A DNA stretch of 63,401 bases, the filler included, from Octopus bimaculoides (Eukaryota), in the NCBI RefSeq assembly GCF_001194135.2. It is 7 parts of 6 records of this genome, joined end to end, with 100 filler letters (N's around TTAATTAATTAA, not from the genome) between each part and the next. Parts side by side here need not be neighbours in the genome. Positions count along the whole stretch, not along the records: positions 53,235 to 57,410 come from NC_068982.1; positions 57,511 to 62,193 come from NW_026349690.1; positions 62,294 to 63,401 come from NW_026399886.1; 4 more parts are not named here. One strand, 5' to 3'. Below are positions 54,827 through 63,401 of the stretch, piece by piece; the stretch's first letter is position 1; each line of letters begins with the position of its first letter. The position numbers were made by a program, and so were the translations under genes. A model generated the notes under the pieces. The model ran no database searches. It was not told the origin of the DNA and saw nothing but the letters and a program-made list of their open reading frames with translations.

Positions 54827-55994
54827 CACCAATTTTGTATAATGAATACATAACTGGCAACTTGTACGTACATATAAATTGCTAGTAGGGAAACCATATT
54901 TCGTGTGTAATCATGATATATTACCAAGTATATTAAAGGACACACTACTGACTTATAAGCCTTTAATATATTTGGTATTATATTGTTGTTGCATAACGAA
55001 ATACGGTGTACCAGTAATTAACAAATTGGTTAATTTTTTTAAATGGAGTTTTATAAATTTAGCATCTCAGAAGATGGTAAAGGAGTTTAAAATTTGGATA
55101 AGTTTATCTTTTCTAATATTCATAACTAATTACTTAACAGACAAAAATTACTGAAGCACACTTCAATGAAAAAAATCCAATAGAATGCTAGGTTGTTGCA
55201 ATTCATTTTATTTTGCTCAAGATTAGATTGAATGAGAATAACGGGATTGCATTTTTCTTCGTTAATTAAGAAACTTGTGATTAAATTTAGTTGGTTAATA
55301 CGCAGAGGAGTACTTGAAGGGGGAACAAAACGGGTCATATTAAACTTCCAATTTATTTCGTTGATTAGTTTTCATTGGCAATAGAATTTAAAAGCCTGTC
55401 TCACAAAGATATGGTAACACAAATGGAAGGAAGAATGTGTAGCTCCTTCTTTCACATGTGGGGAAGGATGGCACTTCAAGGACTAAGATTCTACGATTGA
55501 TTTCTCTTCCAACATATCTGATAATCAGCAAGAACTTTTTCTATTAAGAATTTAAATCGATTTCGAACTAAATCCAACTGAATTCGAAAAAATATCGGCA
55601 GGATTCACTTACAAGAACTTTGCAGTCAAAAATAGCAAAGTACAATTTTTTGGTAAATTCTGGAAAGTTAGTCTTCATGACAAGCAACAATAGTTTCTCA
55701 TACATTGCATCTTTTATGATTAAACACTTTTACATATTTTTCATTTAGTTAGAAGGAAGGCAGGGCCCTTAATCCATTTTAGGCCCTCTGAGACTGATGG
55801 AAAGGAGAAAGAAGGTATCCTCAGCTGTAGACCTGTTGCGATTGCTTTCAAAAGAGTAGACATCCCTGATAAAGGTATTGGTTGGTCCGGGGGCTATAGT
55901 AGAAGGCACTTGCCCAATGTGCTGAGCTGTGGGACTGAATCTGAAACCATGTGGTAGTAAAACGAACTTCTTTACAACACAACCACACTAGCCA

Positions 55995-56025
<31 letters not shown>

Positions 56026-56047
56026 TGTATGTATGTATGTATGTATG

Positions 56048-56097
<50 letters not shown>

Positions 56098-56567
56098 CCT
56101 ATCTATATCTATATATATATATGAAAAGAATTTAGGTTAGTTGAAATACATTTGTCACATATCTCCACTGCAGTTACCGTGGAGAAAAATCTCCCTTATG
56201 GCAAAAAGGTTATATATATATGTATATGAAAGTTAATTTTTATGATGATTCAGTTAAATATTTCAATTCTTTCCTGTCATCATAGGTCTTGTTTACAAGT
56301 AAATGTTTAAGGTTTCATTGATTATTTACAGCATCTAATAGAAATAGAACTTCCAGGATAAATTTGAACTCCAGTCGGGATTCCGTAGTCCAATTTACGC
56401 AAAACTTGTTTTATTTTGTTTGTATTCACATTTCTGGGGTGCCATACTTTCAGAGTATTTTCCCATTATGCGCCAGTTTGGCTGTATTAAATTACAGACA
56501 AGCAAGCAACAAGCAAACACGTAAGCACGCACACAAGCAAGCAAGCAGGCAAACAACCACAGAGTTT

Positions 56568-56655
<88 letters not shown>

Positions 56656-56706
56656 ATATATATTTATAAATTTGTGTTGCAAGATTCCTGATGTGNNNNN
56701 NNNNNG

Positions 56707-57069
56707 TTGTATTTCGAAGTGGTCAATTTTTTTTTTTTTTTGCCAAATAAACACACGTACTATATATTTTTTCTTCACCCGTTTATTACTGTTCTTATTT
56801 TATTATTTTAACTCATGTCCATTGTCCGGAAATCTTTCGTCTCACATCTGTGACCTCTCTCAGAATGGAATAAGTGGAGTAAGAACGCACACGAAAACGA
56901 AAAGTGTCGTTGAAGAGGTCACAGATGTGTGACGAAAGATTTCTGGACAATGGACATGAGTTAAAATAATGAAATAAGAACAGTAACAAACGAGTGAAGA
57001 AAACTATATATAGTGCGTGTGATTATTTGGCAAAAAGACAAAAAAAAATGACCGTCCCGAAATACAGAC
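56707..57069. mobile_element. Inverted pair of Penelope-type terminal repeats, each with a degenerate family-2 hammerhead
   Basis: Arms at about 56707-56858 and 56915-57069 are reverse complements. Both carry GAGGTCACAGATGTG(T/A)GACGAAAGATTTC and share tail motifs with 63030-63148. Confidence 0.7.
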
Positions 57070-57102
57070 AAACATACACACACACACACATATATATGTA
57101 TG

Positions 57103-57134
<32 letters not shown>

Positions 57135-57539
57135 GGTATTTATGTATGTATGTATGTATGTATGAGTGTGTGTGTGCATGTAGATATATGTGCATTTATA
57201 TGCATGTAGATATATATATATATATATATATATACAAAAGAGAAGGAAAGAGATAGAAAAAGATATGCATATATACCTACACACACATGTGCGTATGTAT
57301 GTATGTATGTATGTATGTATGTATGTATGTATGTATGTATGTATGTATGTATGCATGTATGTATGTATGTGTGTGTGGTAAGTAGCTTGCTTGCCAACCA
57401 CATGGTTCCGNNNNNNNNNNNNNNNNNNNNNNNNNNNNNNNNNNNNNNNNNNNNTTAATTAATTAANNNNNNNNNNNNNNNNNNNNNNNNNNNNNNNNNN
57501 NNNNNNNNNNATCCTATAAAAAAGACTGATTCAACTTAC

Positions 57540-57611
57540 AGGTATTGTAAACTGGAGAGATTCTGGAAGGCGTCTGATTTGATTTCCTTGATCTCATTAG
57601 AACGCATGTAT
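57540..57611 (-). CDS. LRR exon 5 of 5: (L)YMRSNEIKEIKSDAFQNLSSLQY(L)
   Basis: 72 bp, ttatgttacag acceptor and gtaagt donor, phase 2/2, LRR consensus; lies about 30 bp from the contig end. Confidence 0.9.
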
Positions 57612-58940
57612 CTGTAACATAAAACTGGGTTCATAAGAAATTGTATAGAAGATATTTTTGGCGGTTATTAATTCCATAAAGTTCATGGCGCTGATGATGA
57701 TGTTCATGATGATGATGATGATAATAACAATGATGATGATGAAGGGAAGGAGGTGGCATATAAGTATAATGGTGGTGGTAGCATTGATAGTGGACATTGT
57801 GGTGGTGTTAGTGAAGAATATGAATTGGCGAGTAAGAGAAGTGTATATGGTGTATAGTGATGATTAACGATTAATTATTCTGGTAATGACGGTGGTTAAC
57901 ATGTCTATGTTGATGCTGAATACGATATTGATTATGATGATGTTTGAGGGAATGTTAATGTTTGCAATTATGATGATAGTGTTGAAGATTCTGCAACTGA
58001 TGGCGGTATTGTGTGTTAATGAATAATGTTGATGATACAGAGGACAATGATTAACGTGATTAAGTTTATGATTGAGAAAGATGACAATGAAAATGAGAAG
58101 TATGACGGTGATGAGGACATGGATGAGGACGTCGACAATTTTCTAAGCAGATTTGATTTCGATTTAAATAATATAGAATTTAGACGAATAGAGAATCGAG
58201 CGAATGATAACGAAAGGGAAACTATAGGGAAATCATGAGAAAAAGAAAGTGAAAGACAAAATAAGATGAGAATAGAAGAAGAGTTAAAGAAATGAAAACG
58301 AAGGAGATCGAGAAGGAGGAGGAGGAGGAGAAGAAGAAGAAAATAAAGAGAAAAAGAAGAGAAGTAGTAGATAAAGGAAATGTAAATGAAGTAGAAAATG
58401 CGGATGAAGAAATATAGGAAAAAATCGAAGAACAACAATAACAACGAGAAGAAGTGGAATTAAAGTCTTGATGGTAAACAGTTTTGGTGGAGACGTGAAC
58501 AACGCACATGATAAACAGATTGAATTACACAAACAATTTGATACACTCACATGCACATAGCCATTCACAAATACACACTCACACACACATATATATATAT
58601 GTATATATGTATGTATACATAAAGCCATTTGCTCTAAAGTTACCCTACAATTGTCACACACTGGTATTTGTTCAAATGCCAGGAACAGGCCCTCACTCAC
58701 ATTCACAGACATTAACATACAAATCACACACTTTCTACAGATTTTACAAATAGACAGAAACATACACATGCCAACACTAAAAGATTCTCCTGGATTATCA
58801 CGCTCCCATACATCCCATACCGAATAAACGGGGACACACTCTCACAGATCCACAAACAATAAAACATATCTTTGGAAAGATGTTACAGATTTAGAACTAC
58901 ATCGTCTATGAAATCCTTTAAAATGACTTTATCAACTTAC

Positions 58941-59012
58941 AGATATTTTAAGCTGGACAGTTTCTTGAAGACGTCTGCTTTGATTTCTTTGTAATTATTA
59001 GAACTCAAATCT
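58941..59012 (-). CDS. LRR exon 4 of 5: (L)DLSSNNYKEIKADVFKKLSSLKY(L)
   Basis: 72 bp, ttgtgttccag acceptor and gtaagt donor, phase 2/2, LRR consensus. Confidence 0.9.
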
Positions 59013-59267
59013 CTGGAACACAAAACTGAGTTAATAAGAAATTGCATACAAAATATTTGTGATAAATTTAGTCCAAAAAATTTGCTGATATAGGCGAGGT
59101 AAATTAGAACAGGATGCTTATTAATTCCATAAAGCACATGGCGCTGGTGAAAGAGAGAGCGAATGTAGGGAGGGAGAAGGACGTGGATCGAAAACGAATG
59201 GGAAGATTTTAAATAACTACGAATATATTGTCTGTGAAATATTATGAACACGATTTATCCAACTTAC

Positions 59268-59339
59268 AGTGTTTGCAAACTGGTCAGGTCATGGAAGGCT
59301 GTTGCTTCAATTTTTTCGATATCATTATTTTGTAAATTT
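59268..59339 (-). CDS. LRR exon 3 of 5: (L)NLQNNDIEKIEATAFHDLTSLQT(L)
   Basis: 72 bp, tgtgttacag acceptor and gtaagt donor, phase 2/2, LRR consensus; flanks differ from those of the other four exons. Confidence 0.9.
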
Positions 59340-59893
59340 CTGTAACACATAACAAACATGCATAACAAATAAATAGTTGAAGACAAAACAGAAATAAAAT
59401 ATGGAGGTAAAAATGTCAAAGATGGAGGAAAAGATGAAGATGATGAATAAAAATATGAATAATGTAGTTGACAGTTGACAGTTATATACACACAAAAAAA
59501 AACGCGCACACAGACAAATATGCTCGCACAAACACACACATACACTCAGACACAATAATTTATATTTATATGTATAAAAAACAAAGAGAGACAGACAAAG
59601 AGACAGAAGGAAAGATGAGAGAAATTCACAGAGAGCGCGCAAATATATGTTGAAAAATATGAGTGCTGATACACACCCAGACAATCAAATATCCACGTCA
59701 ATGTCCAGTGGTCCATATTAAGACACATTCACAAACACATCTATGGCCAGGGGAGAATGAGAAAGATGTTGGTCGAGATTTAGGGGCAGATGTTGAGGAG
59801 TATCGAAATGTAATTTGTGTCTTGTTTTATAAAAGAGGATCAAATAGAAAAAAAATCGAATGAAAAGTAAGAGATGAATAAAAGTAGGAGAAA

Positions 59894-60028
<135 letters not shown>

Positions 60029-60547
60029 AGTCTGTGATGGCAATCTGTGGTGACGGAGACATAAACACCGCACCTGGCATACAGACTGAGTTACACATAC
60101 ATTTTAATACACTCGCATGCACACAATCACACACACACACACACACATGTATGTATGTATGTATGTATGTATGTATGTATGTATGCATAAACTCGTTTGC
60201 TCTAATGTTTTCCTTTAATTGTCACATATTCATATATTTCAAATTCAAGGAACAGACCCTCACTCACACTCACAGACATTTATATACAACAACTCACTCT
60301 TTCGACAGAGACAGATTTTACACATAGAGAGAAACACACACATGCATGCACCAAATGACTCCCCTGATCTATCAGCCTCTCGTATATGCCAAAGCTAAGA
60401 AATGGGCAAACACTAACACACATAGATTAACAAACAATACCCGTTGGACAAACGGATGAGGTAGCTTAAAATGTAAAATGGCAAGATACTACAGATTTAG
60501 AGATATATTGTAAATGAAATCCTATGAAAAAGTTTTATACAACTTAC

Positions 60548-60619
60548 AGATTTATTAAACTGGATAGATTTTGGAAGATGCCTGCGTTGATTTCCGTGAT
60601 ATTATTAGAATTGAAGAAT
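60548..60619 (-). CDS. LRR exon 2 of 5: (L)FFNSNNITEINAGIFQNLSSLIN(L)
   Basis: 72 bp, taatgttccag acceptor and gtaagt donor, phase 2/2, LRR consensus. Confidence 0.9.
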
Positions 60620-61053
60620 CTGGAACATTAAAATCGAGTTAATAAGAAATTGCATAAAACATATTTGTGACAAAATTTAGTCTAAACAATTAGATAACAG
60701 AAGCGATGGAAAGTAGAACACGATAATTATTAATTGCATAAAGTTCAATGCGCTGGTGATGTTGTTTATGATAGTGATAATGGTGATGGTGATGATAACT
60801 ATGATAGTGAGGAGAAGGCGGGGCTGGAGTAGAGAGATAATGTTGGTAGTAGAGAAGATAGTGCTCTACTTGAGCACTATCTGAGTAAAAACCTTGAGTA
60901 AAAAACGAGCACACACTCACACACACAGCCACAAACAGTAAAACACATCTTTGGAAAGTCGAGTGAGGGTGCTTAAAATGAAAGATGGGAAGATATTACA
61001 AATTTAGAATTATATCGTCAATGAAATCCTATAAAAAGACTGATTGAACTTAC

Positions 61054-61125
61054 AGATATTTTAAACTGGGCAGATTTCGGAAGGTGTCTGCTTTGATATC
61101 CTTGATTTCGTTAGAAAGTAAGTAC
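61054..61125 (-). CDS. LRR exon 1 of 5 (24-aa typical LRR): (L)YLLSNEIKDIKADTFRNLPSLKY(L)
   Basis: 72 bp, bounded by ttatgttccag acceptor and gtaagt donor on the minus strand; phase 2/2; open frame matches LxxLxLxxNxIxxIxxxxFxxL. Confidence 0.9.
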
Positions 61126-62293
61126 CTGGAACATAAAATTGAGTTAATAAGAAATTGTACACAACATATTTGTGACAGAATTTAGATGATAGAAGTGATG
61201 GAAAGTAGAACACGATGATGATTAATTCCATAAATTTCATGCGCTGATGATGATGTTCATGACGATGATGATGAGGTGGAGTAGAAGGATAATGGATAGT
61301 AGACGTTGTGGTGGTGGTAGTGAGGAATATGAAGTGGAGTCAGAAGAGAATATTATGAGTCGTAGTGTTGATGATGAAGATGTTATGATGCTGATGATGA
61401 AGGTGATGTTGTTAATGTTGATTATTCATAAAATGACCGTGGTTAGTACGTCTATGATGAAACTGAATATAATATTGATTATGATGACGTTGGAGGGGAT
61501 GTTAATGTGTGCGATTATTGTGACAGTGTTGAAGATTCTGCATCTGATGGCGGTATTGTGTGTTAATGAATAATGTTGATGATACAGAGGACAATGATTA
61601 ACGTGATTAAGTTTATGATTGAGAAAGATGACAATGAAAATGAGAAGTGTGACGGTGATGAGGACATGGATGAGGACGTCGAAAATTTTCTAAGCAGATT
61701 TGGTTTCGATTTAAATAATATAGAATTTAGACGAATAGAGAATCGAGCGAATGATAACGAAAGGGGAAACTATAGGGAAATCATGAGAAAAAAAATGTGA
61801 AAGACGAAAACAAAAAAGAAGGAAGATGAGAAGAAGAAATGCTCCATGTTTGTTTTCGTTCGGTTTCCTTGTGTCTCCACTACCATGCGTTTGTTCCCAA
61901 CGTTGACCCTCCATAAATCCTACTAAATTTCATTTTAGAATTTATCGGTGCAACTGTATTTGAATACTCATATTGTCGTTGAATGTCGAAATCAGGAGTT
62001 GACAGACAGCCGACAACTGATGAAGGGTCCTTTTACCCACTTATATATTCCGAATCGAAACAACAGGCCTTTACTCAAATTCACAGAAATTTACATACAT
62101 TAATACACAATTTAGACGAAGACATATTTTACACATACACAGGCATACACATTCATTCACAAAATGCTTCCCCTGAACTGTCACGATCTCATANNNNNNN
62201 NNNNNNNNNNNNNNNNNNNNNNNNNNNNNNNNNNNNNTTAATTAATTAANNNNNNNNNNNNNNNNNNNNNNNNNNNNNNNNNNNNNNNNNNNN

Positions 62294-63148
62294 AAGATGT
62301 ACAGAGGGACGATGCAGTAACAAGACAACGACGTATGTAGGGGGAAACAGCACGGAGCATAGGAGAGAGGGTAAATGGATATTGGAGGGAACTTAAGGAA
62401 GAGAAGAGCTCATCAGTTCTGTACCAGCACGCTGAGCAGGAACACGGAGGCTCACTCAACAACATAGAATTTAAAATCTTGTCCACACATAGAACAGACA
62501 CAGCACTTAGACAAATTACAGAAGCTACACACATAATAGAAGATAAACCTAGCCTGAACAGGAAACTGGAATGGAACACTAACACACACCCCAACAAACC
62601 ACAACATATGACAATAAATTCCCCATAAACCGATAACAATATGAAAAAAATATAATACAATACAAAGATAAACAAATGGAATTAGATAACTACATACATT
62701 AACAAAATAGAATAAAATTAAATACAAAAACAAAACAACAAAAACAAAAAACAAAAAAAAGAAGTAGGTATAAACACATGAACAAATAATAAATAAAAAC
62801 AAAAATAAATGAACATGTATTAACAGAGGATATAGATAATACAGGCACTCCCCATACACACACATGCACTTACAAAACATAGACACACATAGAGGGATAC
62901 GCATGCGTAGACACATACAATAGGAATACAAAATGCAAAATGGCTGATTGTTAGCAAGGAGGGACACAAATAAGAAAGAAGAAAGCAAAGGACCACTGAT
63001 GAGGTCACAGAAGTGTGACGAAAGAACTCTGGCCGAAATATGATTAATGTAATGTAATGTAATATAAAGCTGAAGTAAATTAACACCAAATATACAGTGC
63101 GTGTGTTTTTATTGGCTAAACTGGCAATATGACCATCCCCAATACAAC
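62294..63148 (+). mobile_element. 3' end of a Penelope-like element: frameshifted GIY-YIG endonuclease (about 62295-62583), A-rich spacer, hammerhead-bearing terminal repeat
   Basis: RCTEGRCSNKTTTYVG / (+1 shift in G5 run) ETARSIGERVNGYWRELKEEKSSSVLYQHAEQEHGGSLNNIEFKILSTHRTDTALRQITEATHIIEDKPSLNRKLEWN matches the PLE GIY-YIG pattern (YVGET.R...ER, H...H, F.IL, R...EA..I...P.LNR). Confidence 0.85.
62991..63034 (+). ncRNA. Minimal type I hammerhead ribozyme (family 2) in a Penelope 3' terminal repeat
   Basis: GACCA CUGAUGA G GUCACA GAAG UGUGAC GAAA GAAC UC UGGCC: intact core, 6-bp stem II, CUC triplet, short stem I CCA/UGG. Confidence 0.7.
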
Positions 63149-63254
63149 AACAGAAATATATATATCTGTTTGTATATATACATATTTGTATATATATATA
63201 TATATATAGATATAGAAATATATATATATATTTGTATATATATATATATATATA

Positions 63255-63401
63255 GGCACTGTTTTGGGACCACTACTGTTCATAATGGCCCTCTCAGACA
63301 TGCCCTCAGCCACACAGAGAGCCACGGTCACAAGTTATGCAGATGATGCAAAAGTCTCACAGGTAATACAGAACCCTGAAGACACTATGCACTTGCAATG
63401 T
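63255..63401 (+). mobile_element. CR1/L2-clade RT fragment, cut off by the window edge
   Basis: GTVLGPLLFIMALSDMPSATQRATVTSYADDAKV (RT motifs around YADD). Confidence 0.8.

Noticed and set aside
55500-55690. LRR-like snippets LDLVRNRFKFL and NLPKNCTLLFL on the minus strand near a gtaagt donor at 55612
   Set aside because: The candidate exon is 47 nt, has a stop in the LRR phase, and would need a 35-nt intron.
61981-62035. CGAAA...CTGATGAAGGG motif (also on the minus strand at about 53416-53462) as a permuted type II hammerhead
   Set aside because: No stem I pairing can be formed after a valid NUH triplet.

Overview
AT-rich, microsatellite-dense animal genomic DNA. The tRNA-derived SINE families and overall repeat content suggest a cephalopod, probably Octopus; this is inferred from recalled repeat sequences, not a database search. 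The window is a patchwork of seven assembly pieces joined by 44N-TTAATTAATTAA-44N linkers, so order and orientation across those points are uncertain. Most of it is decayed mobile DNA: two abundant SINE families, R4/Dong-like and CR1-like LINE fragments, Tc1/mariner elements (including a DD37D maT), a hAT/Charlie fossil, MITEs and Penelope-like elements. The only well-supported host coding sequence is an array of five intact 72-bp, phase-2 LRR exons on the minus strand (57540-61125), which arose by tandem exon duplication and runs into gaps at both ends. Other highlights: minimal type I hammerhead ribozyme motifs (one behind a tRNA-like Pol III head, one at the 3' end of a Penelope GIY-YIG element), an intron-containing tRNA-Lys(UUU)-like pseudogene, and several long near-perfect hairpins. 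Almost all ORFs in the supplied track are microsatellite or N-gap artefacts.
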